DNA of 64,000 bases. Source: Octopus sinensis (Eukaryota). A program made the position numbers and the translations under genes. Positions 39,604-53,478 of the stretch are shown here, one piece after another; position 1 is the first letter of the stretch; each line of letters opens with the position of its first letter. The notes below the pieces were generated by a model. It worked only from the letters and a program-made list of their open reading frames with translations, made no database searches and had not been told where the DNA came from. The DNA lies in assembly GCF_006345805.1 (NCBI RefSeq), contig NC_043004.1, positions 99,386,001 to 99,450,000 on the forward strand. The letters run 5' to 3'.

Positions 39604-40452
39604 TATGTGTGTGTATGTGTACATGTTCTTCCTAAAAATGCTGGGAATGTAGAATACACATCTTTCATACGTGGTAATATTGATGATACAGCGTCATAAA
39701 CTAAAATTAAAATGATGAAAGCGAATGAAGGAATTTTATAATGTGGGTTAAGTTGGTTGCAACTGCCTCATTTTATTATTATGTAGACAAATGGATTACA
39801 TTTTTGCATCGAACCTGCCCCACTAACATTTATTCAACGCAGCCATGCATACCACAGTTGTTTTGTTTGTTTGTTTTCTCAATAAATTTTTGAAAATATG
39901 TTTTAAGACTGGAGTATTTTATTTTTTTGTTCATTTCATTTTTTTTTTCGGCGCTATTATTTTGTCGACAAAATCCTTTAATAGTATATGAAATGTATGT
40001 TCTCTTGCTCATGTCTGTCTCATCACGATTTCAATATCGTCTGCGCTCACGGATACAGCAGAAATATGAATGCATTTGATATCACACATAAAAATATTAA
40101 ATGTGGAGCACAGAAAAGTTTCACTGAGAAATATTTTTCATGTAAAAAATATTTTCTATTTTTGTATGCAAAATATATATATATATTTATACTGCGTGCC
40201 ACCTTAAGCAAGTTTCTTTTACTATAACATCGAGTTTCTGAGTGAATTTAGACGATGGAAACTGGAAGTTTGTATGTGCATAGAATATGTTACTCAAAGG
40301 AACTCCAACTCTGTTTTTTATGTTTTATTTATATTCTTATAATATTAATATAGGATATAGAATATATAGTAAGAAAGAAATGAAATGAAGTATTGATTGT
40401 CTTATTGAACAAATGAAATATTGAAAATTAAATATTAAATGTCTTTTCTTAT

Positions 40453-40495
40453 TGAACTAGTATACTTTCTTGCATTTAAGCATTCATCAGGTTCA
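40453..40495 (-). ncRNA. minimal type-I hammerhead ribozyme motif, intact core
   Basis: Minus strand TGAAC-CTGATGA-a TGC ttaaat GCA a-GAAA-GTATAC-TA-GTTCA; 5-bp stem I, palindromic stem III AGTATACT; TATATAAAG about 50 nt upstream. Confidence 0.78.
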
Positions 40496-40687
40496 GATTG
40501 TGACAGGAACGCTTCGATTGTGGTTGACTGGTTACCTTTTGTCCTTTATATACATTCCTGTGGATAGCAGTAGTAGTTGCTTGGCTGTTCTTTCGAAATG
40601 ATGCCAAACCATTTTTCAGTGTTTATTTTTAGAAATGATGACAGCTGAACTTTCAGGAATTTTTATTTTTTAGGTATATATATATAT

Positions 40688-41015
40688 GCATATGCCCCAG
40701 TGGTTAGAGCATCGAGCTCACAATCATGAGGTAGTGATTTCGTGTTCCGGAAGGGCTGCGTGTTGCGCTCTTGAGCAAGACACTTTACTTCACGTTGCTT
40801 CAGTTCGCTCAGCTGTAGAAATGAGTTGCAACGTCACTGGTACGAAGTTGTATCAGCCTTTGCCTTTCACTGGGATAACATCGGTGGCGTGAAGAGGGGA
40901 TGCATGGTTGACTGCTGATCTTCTATAGACAATCTTGCCTGGTCTTCTTCTGCCTCGGAGAGAAACTTTCTACGCACAAATCTCCTAAGGTCATTCATAA
41001 CCGGGGGGAGGGCGT
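40688..41015 (+). mobile_element. SINE family C
   Basis: Homologous to 34242-34548. Confidence 0.85.
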
Positions 41016-41345
41016 TCTTTACATTCTTTATCCTTTATGTGTGTGCATGTGAGTGTGCGTGTGTTCGTGTGTGTATAGACGTGTGTGTCTATGTGCCTCT
41101 GCTTGTACCCCAACACCGCTTGACAACTCGTGTTGCTGTGTTTATGTCCCTGTAAGAAAAGGTCGGTAAAGAGACCGATAAAATAAGACCTAAGCTTTAA
41201 AGAATATGTCTTTGGTCGACGACATGTTTGACTAAAACCCTTCAATATGGTGCCCCAGCATAATGGTCGCAGTGAAATGACTGGCACAAACAAAAGATAC
41301 GCAACACACACGCACGCACGCACGCACACATACGTATGTATTTAT

Positions 41346-41880
41346 AGGCGCACGCGTGGCTGTGTGGTAAGAAGATTGCTTTCCAACCACATGGTTCTGG
41401 GTTCAGTCCCACTGCGTGACACCTTGGGCAAGCCTCAGGCCGACCAAAGCCTTGTGAGTGGAAATGGTAGACGGAAACTGAAAGAAGCCCGCCGTATATA
41501 TATATATATATATAATATATATATATATATACGGTCATAATAGATCGCTAGCCACCACATATTCTTTGTTTTCTCTCTTTGTTTCTTTGTCTGTTCCTTT
41601 CTGTGGAAGAACGTAGGCTCGAAACGTTAAAGACTTTTTCACTTCCCGAGCGTTATACTAATACATCTATTTGTGTTCTACACCACATGTCTCCGTCTTT
41701 TGTTTTTTTGTGAATTCTCCGTACATATATATACATATCTGCTTGTGTGTTTGTGTTTATCCCACCCTACCATTGCTGGACAACCGATGTTGGCATGCTT
41801 ACATCCCGGTAATATAGCGGTTCGTCAAAGAGGGCCGATAAAATAAGTACTACGCTTACAAAGAATAAGTTCTGGGGTCA
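41346..41880 (+). mobile_element. SINE family A split by a PLE-like insert (41535-41720) in its central (TA)n
   Basis: SINE 5' half 41346-41500, 3' half 41740-41880. Insert contains CTTT-CTGTGGA-agaacgtaggctc-GAAA-CG-TT-AAAG (41597-41632). Confidence 0.8.
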
Positions 41881-42029
41881 GTGTGTGAGCCTGTGTGTAT
41901 GCCTACTAAATCCAGCAACATGTCTTTGGTCTGCTCGACTGCTCGAAGTATTAGTATAAGATAACCATCTAGGATGCCACGGTCTAAAGTTTAAAAAAAT
42001 TGAATTAGCTGCCTCAATAAACTTAATAT

Positions 42030-42340
42030 ATTTCAATCAACTCACAGTTTCAAATACGACAGTCCTCAACAGAATGCAAATTGGTATTAAAAGCTGCATT
42101 CCGCAGGTAAAGGTAATTAAAGTTAGAGCAAAAGGGAAAATTCCTGCAAAGGAATCTAATACTCTTAGCTTAGTTTTTCCTTGGGGTTGGCCAGATTGGA
42201 GCAATCTCGAGAATAAGCAGCCGAAATCACAAAGATAATCTGGAACTCGACTGAGGAAAGAAAACTCCGAATGACCCATCCTTGTTTTCTTTGTATCGTT
42301 TATCTGGATGTTTTGCGTTCTTGTCCCATTTTGTATTTTA
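42030..42340 (+). mobile_element. probable PLE 3' end fragment
   Basis: Ends in (TA)n with a T-rich tail like the other PLE-like fragments; GACTGAGGAAAG resembles GACTGAAGAAGG at 57750. Confidence 0.4.
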
Positions 42341-42406
42341 TATATATATATAAGATAAAAACTTACTTGGAAGAGGATGCGTGGCTTTCGATCATATAAT
42401 AGTATA

Positions 42407-42477
<71 letters not shown>

Positions 42478-42579
42478 TATATATACATACATATATACAT
42501 ACGTGCCCACATATGCATATATTTATACGTATAGATGTATGTACATATAGGTATGTATATATGCATATATATTATTTAT

Positions 42580-42624
<45 letters not shown>

Positions 42625-43775
42625 ATATATACACACACACGGGCATACATATATGAGAACATTGCTGCGCATGCGTGCGCGTATGTGTTTATGGTTAACT
42701 ACTGCAGAAGTGAATTAATAGTGGGGGAATACAAAATGTTATGAGAGGGTACAATGACAAAGACAACAATGGAAATGTCAATAATTCTGAGATATTTCTT
42801 TAAATAACATTGAACTGAAGCTGACATGAGCAACAATTCACTGTTTTATGGTGAGCCCAACCCTATCAACGACAGATTGTGCGCAACAGTACAAAGCACC
42901 ATGTGAATGGCACAAGTATAATAAAGATAATGTAATGATAGCATTGAAATACACTGAAGGCAAATTACAACTTAGAATCAGACAAGCCCGTCTTCTGGCC
43001 GTTCAAAATATCAAACCAGCATTTGAAATTACATATTTATAATAACCTCATCGCGCACGCATGCCTACATGAATAGTTTGCAACGAAGAAACTCAGACTT
43101 GATGATTGTGGTGTAAATGAAAATAATCTACATTATTCAACGCTGAACAATTTTATCATCAAAAATACACCATTTATAGTGTAGCCCGAGAAGACATAAT
43201 AGTAGTGATCGAGTGCATTTTCGAGCCTCCGGGAATGAAGAGAACACGGATGGAAGTCTTTCTCTGACGCTGAAATAGTCAAGATGCTTGCGACAGAGTG
43301 GACTCAGTTAAGGGCACCCAAAGGTACCGCATGATGAATAAAGTTCCAGCTAAAAATGAGAAGCCGGATAAATTCCCACGTTTCCGCCTGCTGAATGTCT
43401 TTCAGATACTTGTCCAATCTCTGATTATCTATGTTGGCACAAAAGATAATAGCTTGTGCCAGGGAATACGAGATAATGCATTTGCAAAGTGAACTTCATA
43501 ATCGGGTTACAATATCTGCGATCTTTCATAAATTTACCAAAATGATAAATATGCAAGCATTTACCAGAAATCTCCATAGCACAATGCAATACCAGTCATC
43601 CGTTAGTTTCACACACATTGATGAAATACACAATTTCTGATTGGATTAGTTCTGAGTTGTTGTCAAAAGTTTTGCCGTTGAGCCATAGAAACCTTCTCTG
43701 GTCCAGCGGATCTATGATCTAAGTTACAGGAGATGCTTTAATGAGCCGAAGAGCTGACTTCTAGCCAGCTTATTG

Positions 43776-43822
<47 letters not shown>

Positions 43823-46800
43823 CTTGGGTGTGGTACACAATTATGACGTTACAGGATAATTGAAACAAAACAGCCCTCTGCATGGCATTGCTTAATATTA
43901 AAAGAACATTGCTTCTGTGCAAAGTATAATCAATCTGCTGAAATAAACAGTAATTAAAAATAATAATAATAATAAATATGGGGTATTTTTAAATTGCCAT
44001 GAGGAAGAGGAAAAGATTAGTATTTGGAGTAGAATAATTATTTGTTTGTGAAAGATTAGTCTCCTCGAAACATTTCTTTACTAAAAAGAAAATACGATCA
44101 GAGTTGACATGAAGTTGAACAACGATATGATATTTACAAAATATATCAATAAAACAACTAAAGTTACGAAAAATTCCTAACTTGCAGTACTTAAATTAAT
44201 ATAAACCAACAATTTACATATTTTGTAGACATGGAGTTGCTTGTTTTTGCCGAGTGATTTCATGATTTAGTTCTGTAAAGTGTACGAAGGACAGAAACAG
44301 ATAGCGACGTAATTTTACTTACGACATAATTCAAAATGGATGATTAACAGTCGTGAAGATAATTGACCGCGAGTAAGAATTACATGAATATTCATAGTCT
44401 GACAAGTGTCCAAATGTGCTAATTAAAGCAACTTAAGATATCAACAATAGCGCTCAGGATATCAACCAAATAATAATGATGATGACATCTCTTCATCAGT
44501 GTGGATTACAAAATATATCACCTCCTGCAAAACTTTTAGTATACATGGACTGCCTAAACATTTTTCAAATAGCATTACGTTGTTTAGAGTTCAATATTTC
44601 TACACAGATCAAACTCATAATGAGATACTGCTTCCACTGCGAGGACGGAGGAATAACTACATACTAGACATCATAAACTGCTTAAAACACCGCCAGGTAG
44701 ATTAGCAAGAAATTTCTCATCAAGAAAATTCTTACAAATGCCAACTCTTCTCGCGCTGTATATAACACTTACTGCAGTGGTATCTATTCCGCGGAGGTGG
44801 TTGATATCATGTTACTTCTACTCATGTCCATTTGATTTACTCGTGTTTCCTCTTCTTTCTTTTACCACCCGTACTGTGTTCATCCTCCAGACACCTCACT
44901 CATTACATTTTCGGCTCATTTCCCCCATAACATTAAAGTTGTTGAATCCTCAACCTGTCCCCACTTTTCTTACTGCTATCCACTTGTGATGTTTAAGAAG
45001 AACTGATATCAACAACGTCAGTCTTAGAGTCAATGCGGGTATGTGAAAGCTATGGGTGCAACACCTTCCGTCAGAAGCAAGTACTTAAACTAAAAAGAGA
45101 TATTTTACTTTACACCGGAGTCAATTTCTATGTTGATTACTCAATAACACTTGATATGATTAAATATAGGATTAGCCCCCCCCCCCCAAACCTCATCGTT
45201 TGAAATTCTCATATTGTAATATTTTTCGTAGTTAAATAATAATAATAAATAGTAAGAACTAAAAGTTTTAATTATTTCAGGTAGGTGGTAATTTATCTAA
45301 TGTTGAAGGTATATAAGTCTCAATCAATTGAAATTTTCTTTTCGGTTAGAAAAATAAACAAAAATTAGTGGTAGATAAAAACAATCACCCTCAAATAAGT
45401 GGGTAGATCATTTTGCAGAGTATGTAAATTTCCTGCTTCCGAGACATCTTTTCCTCTCCATTGAGAATCTTTTATGTCTGGCATTCAAAGCATCACCATG
45501 TGCATAAATTATTATAATCTATGATTCGGTCTCACTTGAATTATTGTACTTAGCATACTTTTGGAATTATGTAGAGTACATAAGCTCATAGTCGCTTTCC
45601 TATTTGTAAAAATCCGCTTGGTAATGTCCACTGATTAAATAGAATTGCTTGTGAGGTCAAATAATACAGGACTTTCACAGGTGCTCCTGACTTGACTGCA
45701 TAGATCAGATATTTCCTATAAGTATGAAAATTCAATTTTCTGTGAAATTAAATCTTAAACTTCTTGTAATTATCTGCCGTTTTCTTTGATTGACGCAAAC
45801 AAGCACCGTTAGTTTTTTTCTTCTTACTCGAACTAAAATGTAAATCTAATTCATTGAAATTTTATTACATATGTTATCCAATCTTTCGCCACCCATCGTA
45901 ATAATAATAATAATAATTAGGGGACTCAACTTTAAATTGACATTTCGAATTGCTTCGTTTGTTTAATTTAGTTTTTCTCCTGATACATAAATAGACAACG
46001 CAAATACACTTTAGAATAACCATCATCGTATTTGTGAGAAAATTGAGATCGATACAGATTTAGACTTGTCTCTTTATGTAAATTGGTTTATGTGTCTGAA
46101 ATATTGTTCATCTAAGTTTACCTCTTATATTTCTTGTGAATATAACCAGGAGTCTATTTTCTATATGTCTATGATAATTCTGAAAGTAAACAAATCTCGT
46201 CAAATTGATTTGCTTTGTCTTTGTCTTTGCAGAATAATTGTTTCTTTACAGTATACCACAAAGGAGTTACAATGATTGCATAAAATAATTTCGACAGATG
46301 TTAACGTCAAATCACGATTTCTGTTAGAATCCTAGGAGACATATACAGGTGTTTGCTTTGTAATTTAAAAAAGGTTGTATTTGTATTTTCAATAACGCTT
46401 ATTCATCTCACTTAATTAAAGTCCACTCGAAACATATGATGAAACGTTCCTCCTAAATATTAGGGTAAGATATAACAAAGCTTTTCTAATATGTTGTATA
46501 CAGCTGAGTAAACAGAATGGTAGTTGGAATTATTGTTGTGTAGCTCAGGTCAAATCTGAGTCGATCACATATGTTCGAAGATAATTCAAATATGACTATT
46601 CCATCAATTTCTGTATGACTTGTACAACATTATCCTGTGTGACTGTTCATTATCTATAGCTCTTTCTTTAGTTAACGATGTAAGTTGTTTATTAAGTGAA
46701 CTCTGGTTGCTAATTGTTGGATGCTAAACGACTACGTAGGATTTCCGTATCTGGTTGTATGCGATATGATAATTGTTTCGTGCTAGTCATCTCTGATGAG

Positions 46801-48679
46801 TTATATTTATGATTAGATAGATGCCAACTAAGACCAATTTAGTTCTAAAACAGTGAAACCTGTGTCTGATATTACGAGCAAATCCAGCTACAGCGTAATT
46901 CTGTTTCATTTGATAACCATGTGATTTTGACAGTGAGGGATACAAATTTTCTCCAAGTATTACTTAAACTTCAAATTGTTTTGAAGGAGCAACTATTTGA
47001 TTGAAAAACACAAACTTCGCCCATTGGACTGACAAAATCAATAGATATGCGTGCCTAAAGCTGTTGCAATAGAAACCATGGGTGTGAATCAAACCGAGGC
47101 AATGCTTTCATTGCTAATAAACAACACTGACAATTCTTCACCATTGCTTCAATTTCTTTTCAAGTGAGCAACCACCATTAATTACTTCTGACGAGTGCTT
47201 TCAATCTTAAAATATATGAATGACGCAATATATGTGTTTGAAAAACTTTCAGAATTAAGAATCTTAGCCAATCGTCAATATCTTGAAGAAAAATCACGAT
47301 GCGTATAGAAGTAATGGGGATACAGACCCCAAATTATCAATTTCACACGGATTTTTTAAAGGTTTCAAATGGTGATTGAGATTGATCATCTAGTTAGTAG
47401 TAAACATCGAATAAGGTGTATTTGAAAATATGCAGACCTGCAATTTCTGTAGCCACTTGCACTATTACATTTTCGCTTGAAAAGGATTTATATATAATTA
47501 ATGGCAAAATTATTTCAACCAAAAGTGGCATCGAGGCAGGATCAGTGGAGTGCCTTAAGGCACTCTACTTAAGACTGTATATTTTCTGAGCTATAATTCT
47601 GATGTGGTTTAATTTGCCTTCTACTCTTCCGGAAATTCATTCTGGTACCGAATATAATGAAGATTATATCTTTCGAAACTAATATTTCGAATGTTGCAGA
47701 TATGCCAAATTTCAATATTATTTATCAATATAAAATCCAAATCCAAATTCTATCATCAGACAGATCTTGAAGAACAATTTACTGGGGTTAATGACGTGTA
47801 ATCTGTTTTTTTTCTTCATGGAAGACATTAAAAGAAAGTATTTTTGAGGCAAGTTTGTCGTTTACCCTTTAACTAAACTTGTATTTGAGTATCTTAAGTG
47901 CCTTCTTTTTATAATTGTCAGCACAAAATATTCAAATGCTACCAAGAGATAATAATAATGTTCTTCATTCTCTGAGGAACATTTTAGCGTTTTCAGTAGG
48001 ACCAAAGTAGTTTAGAAAGTAAACATTTCAGTAGAGGCTTGTTCTAGAAAATACTTTCCTGGTTAATTTTCAACAGTATTCGGAAGAGAAAATTTGAGTG
48101 AAGTCAATAGATTAGATCTCTGGTTAAACTTTTAAGCATATATCGTATTTTTACCTACCATGTGACAGTATGTTTCCTGAAATAGTGTATGGTTTTAATG
48201 TCACCGGTGCATTTAATCAGATTGGATTCTACCTACTAAAGGTAACATACAAGCAAATCAGGCTACTTTATGATGAGCAGTAAGAAACTAAAAATGTTCA
48301 AATCAGCAAATTTGACTGTAGAAAGAGAGTGTACGAGTCATTGCGCTGGATAAAAAACGTGCTGAAAGGTGCAAAAATCTTGTAGAGAAGCAAACAGCCA
48401 ACCATATAGAGAGAGATAACATGAAATACTAGGTTTTTCGTCCTGTTGAAATAGTATGATGATGCAACGTGACTCCAATACTGTACTGTTTCACTCAAGA
48501 CTCATTAGCTGATGACTGGTGCATGTTACAACTCTTGTAGTGTAGCTCCTGTTCCTTTACAATCCATGTAATAATATTTTGCAGTTCCATAAAAACTTTC
48601 TCTAATCGCAGCTATACTTCATATAGTAAAATGAAATATTTTCTTGCTGGAATTTGATCAAGATATTGCAAGTACAATA

Positions 48680-49084
48680 CTCTTTTTTTTTTTTACTTGT
48701 TTCAGTCATTTGATTGCGGCCATGCTGGAGCACCGCCTTTAGTCGAGCAAATCGACCCCGGGACTTATTCCTTGTAAGCCCAGTACTTATTCTATCGGTC
48801 TCTTTTGCCGAACCGCTAAGTGACGGAGACGTAAACACACCAGCTTCGGTTGTCAAGCAATGCTAGGGGGACAAACACAGACACACAAACACACACACAT
48901 ACATATATATATATATACATATATACTACAGGCTTCTTTCAGTTTCCGTCTACCAAATCCACTCAGAAGGCATTGGTCGGCCCGGGGCTATAGCAGAAGG
49001 CACTCGCCCAAGATGCCACGCAGTGGGACTGAACCCGGAACCATGTGGCTGGTTAGGAAGCTACTTACCACACAGCCACTCCTG
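48680..49084 (-). mobile_element. SINE family A, full-length
   Basis: Reverse-complement copy very close to 8986-9374. Confidence 0.92.
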
Positions 49085-51819
49085 TGTACATTTTGCTTCA
49101 AACAGCGAGTTATTTTAAGTTAGAGATCATTAGATTTGATGTCACATTAAATGCGATATCATAGGAACTGAATCTGTCATTGCAATTGTATCTTTTAGAA
49201 TTGTATGTATTTCAGAAAGTAAATACAAATTGAAATGCTTGGATGGTTTACGACCAAACTTTCCAGGAAAATAGCGTTATACTTTTCTTCACAAAACGAA
49301 GCCGATATTTTAGATTCTGTTTCCTCTGAGTTGAAAATTCAGCATACTTTACTGGATGCGATGCTGATATGATCAAACAGGGGATATGTTACCTATTCAG
49401 TGCAATACTCTCATTTCTTCAAAGACTTCAAAAACTTGGCGTACATTTCCACCAATTCATTTTAAAGACAAAATCAAAATACTATGGGTGCAATGGGTGA
49501 ACCTTATATATTTTGTATTATTTTCCACAAAGGCAGCGAACCGGCAGAATCGTTAGCACGCTGGACTGAATGCTTAACGTCTTGTCGTCTGTATTTATGA
49601 TCTGATTTCAAATATGGCTTAAGTCATATTTGCATTTCATCCTTTGAGCACTGGAATTGATGTAATCGACTGGCCTCTTCCACCAAATTTTGGGCCTTGT
49701 CTCTATAGTAAAAAGCATTATTTTTCAAAATAAAAACAAAAGAAAACCAACTGTTGATGTAAACATATTCCTTCTTAAATATGTGTGCATCAGTTTATAA
49801 ACTGATTATATATTGCACCTGCAAATTTTTCCAGAATTACAGAAGTTCTCTGAAGATTAACATTTAAGTTGACCACTGAGAACATACTCTTTACCAGACA
49901 ATTTATGCAACTCATGTATTCTGAATTGCATACATTCACTTTTGATCAAATGGGTATGAAAAATTATCAGTGGGTCATTTTATATCTATATTAATTTGAT
50001 CAAGCGGATGAACAAATTTGATTTATGCGGAATATGTGAATTTGGAGTCCGAAACTGCACATCGCTAGCATGTTTGTGTGTGCGTGCGTCCGTACGTTAG
50101 CCTGCGTATGTCTTTGTGTGTGCCTTTTTGTCCTTATCTTTTTCTATTCGACAGCCGATGTCTGTTTACTTAGATCCGGATATTTTACAATTTCCAATGC
50201 AATATATATCAACATCTGTCGTTTTTTTTCAACTTAAACCTTTGAAAGCAACACACCACACACCAGCTTGGCCGCAGTCCAGTGACTGAAACCACTAAAA
50301 AATTAAACAAGTAAAAAGGATCTTGATGTAATCGAATGGCCTCTTCCACCAAATTTTGGACCTTGTCTCTATAGTAAAAAACATTCATGAAATACTTTCG
50401 AATAGTCGTATAAAACTTTTGGCGGTTAAAATTATTAAATTTTCATTATTGTATTTCGAGGCACTAATTTACTTAAAACACTTTACACCCTTATGAAACA
50501 TCCCTGATAATTTGCGTTGGAACTAACAAGGTTTTATAATTTCGTTAACAATGAGACTTTAATTTTAAATGTGCTCGCACCTTATCCATATTTGAATTAG
50601 GAATTAAACTGTTTTTGAGTTTTATTTAAATGTTTCCGTTTCTTTTACTTCATTTTCAGCAACAGCATCCATTACAATATCAGTCGTAGCAGTATCCGTT
50701 GCTGGATAATCTTCTTCGGATTAAGTATTGTTACTGACACATGTTTTACTCGTTTCCAAGTGTTAAAGGTTAATGATAGTTTATGTTGAGCGTTATTTTC
50801 ATTTAACTTTTTCTGACATAAGTCACCCGCAGGACCGGCGCCAGTACAATGAACACCCTCTAGTGTTTTCTAAAGCTGTTTTTGCTTCTAGCAAAACGCT
50901 GCTGTGCGCCAGTCATCAAAAAATTATAATTAACTTGCTAACAAGATATCTATACTTTTATGATTATACTTATCAACGAATAAATCAGTTATCTTTAAAA
51001 CATTGAACTCTTCCACGCTATATCACGTGACAGGTCATAATCACACAAGACCCCCTCCATATTACCTTGCCATCGTCTCTACTCATTCTCTTTCTTAAGT
51101 TTTCAGGTTTTCAGTAGGATTTTTAAAAATATATCAAAGTTGTTCAAAAATTGCGTGATAGCCCCAGATTTAAGCACACTTGGCGATTATTTTAATTTAG
51201 CCTTGGCTACCAGTAGTATTGGAAACGGTTTTAATTAGCTATCAAGTGATATGCTTTTTTTTCTATTTTGTTTGACATCTCTTATATTAGCATTTCACAA
51301 TCATACAAATTAAAGGAGAATCTCAATCTGTTTGCTATCGCTGTTAAAAACAGCAAGGAATTCCACTTCAAATGATACACTACAGTTCTAGAAAAAGAAG
51401 GACACATCAGATATCCTACTCGTAAATACACTATGACTGGTTACCAGTCATAGATCCCCACGTTCAGAGCTGACAGGGAGCGTAACAACAAGTAATCTAC
51501 TGCATTTAGTATCGTGGACCTTACTAAAGTACAATTTCGCTTTGCAAAACAAATTCTTCGACAGTACATGTGATATTACTGCATACGTGGTATCACAGTA
51601 TTTGTTCACTCGTCTACACATGCCCATACGCACTGACACGCTGAGAATTAAAGTTTTCACTTCATCAAGAAAAGACAGCATAATACGAATTAAGAACCTG
51701 CATACAGTTATACTTCTGCTAGAAACATCCAAGATTTACTCAAGTAACTTGGTAGAAAAAGGAAGCACATTAAATAAAAGTTTGATAATTGATGAACAAG
51801 TCACAATTAGAAGGACTTT

Positions 51820-52118
51820 CTAAAAGATGAAATGCAAAGTTGACCTCGGCGGAATTTGAACTCAGAACATAGTGACAGACGAAAATACCTATTTCTTTAC
51901 CCACAAGCGGCTAAACACAGAGGGGACAAACAAGGAGAGACAAACGGATTAAGTGGATTATATCGACCCCAGTGTGTAACTGGTACTTATTTCATCGACC
52001 CCGAAACGATGAAAGGCAAAGTCGACCTCGGTGGAATTTGAACTCAGAACGTAGCGGCAGATGAAATACGACTACGCATTTCGCCCGGCGTGCTAACGTT
52101 TCTGCCAGCTCGCCGCCT
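51820..52118 (-). mobile_element. SINE family B, young copy nested against an older B fragment
   Basis: 51886-52118 is the reverse complement of the 26573 unit; 51820-51882 repeats its central part. Confidence 0.88.
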
Positions 52119-53105
52119 TGATTATAATCAATTGCATTAAGCCAAGCACTGGACAAGTAATTGTTTTGTTGATTATGGAAAAAAATCAAGAAGTATTGTT
52201 GACTAGGATGAGATTTGAACTCAAAATGGGAAATAAGATGTAATTGGTAACGTTTAAGTCGTTAGGCCATACGTAAGACATTTCCCACCCAAAGACCGAT
52301 ATCACAACTAAATTTAGCGGGGAGAAATATGAAGAAAAAATGGAATAGAGAGGATAGAATTATACATAAAAAGACAATGAAACCTTGTCCTTTATTTTCC
52401 GAACGTCCCTGTGTGTTGATATCCTGGTATCAACTAATTACAACAGCAGTCAAATAAACCAGACTAATAATATCAGTTTATCTCATGTCTTAGATTGCTG
52501 TGTGTGTGGGGGGGGGGAGGAGAGTGATGTAGTGTTGGAGAATGGAGTGATTAATGGAAGCTGTTATTGAGAAAATCTCTCAGAAGCTTTCAGAAGGTTT
52601 CCAATGCATGATTTTCAAATGTAAACATCATCTGTGCATATTTCATACTACTCAGTCTAGAATAACATTAATTAATAAGTGAAACTAAAATGGATGAGTA
52701 TAAATCCGAGTCTTAATTCTATTTAGCTTTTAAAATCCTATGAAATTCCAACGTCGACTGTAGCCAACATTTTATTGCCTACTCAATCCGATTGACGAAT
52801 AAACTTGCTTTTATAACCGATATCAGTAGAGAAATTTCAGAATCACAACGAATAAAGAGAGACTTATTATATTTCCTTTTGACATGACACTCACATCTGC
52901 ATTTGATCGCGCATCTAGAACATCTATGCAGCCTTTGAATATCTTTAGTAGTTTTTCAATACTGTTGAATAAATTTAATTGTTTCTCGTTCATTTCCATT
53001 CCTGCACACATTCACCGTCACAAATGGGCTGTGGTTAGAGTATTTGTGTACTAAGCGAAGAGTTGATATTTCTATTCATGTTACTAACCAATACAGTATT
53101 GTATA

Positions 53106-53478
53106 TCTCTCTCTATATATAAAGCTGAAGTTGTCTGTGTATGGCAGGTTTGGTAGCCTTCAACTAACACTATCTCCTCCGAGACCCTGCGGCGCATGTT
53201 GACCAAAATTGAGAGTATGATAGAAGAAGGCTTGCTCTTCCTTCCGTACAAGACAAAATTCAAATCGGACCACAAAAACTTATTTATACCAAAAAAGTGC
53301 TTTTTTTCTATTTGTACTATTTGTTTACTGCTCTGTCGCCATTTTTCGGTGTATTTCAACCAGAAAAATGTTCACTTAAAGAGAATAACAAGCTACATAA
53401 TGCAAAATTTTCATTTTTCAAAAATTTCAATTCTAAAAGGTCGAAACAAAACCGAGCAACGCCGGGCGATACTGCTAG
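53106..53478 (+). mobile_element. non-autonomous Helitron
   Basis: A|TC...CCGAGCAACGCCGGGCGATACTGCTAG|T; same 3' end as 22390-22786. Confidence 0.8.

Noticed and set aside
44470-44740. Decayed PLE GIY-YIG C-terminus
   Set aside because: CxxC and KFL resemblance only; not enough conserved residues in one frame.
46794-46830. CTGATGA as a hammerhead core (also 48509, 54090, 54730, 44500 minus)
   Set aside because: No correctly placed GAAA, stem III or stem I complement.
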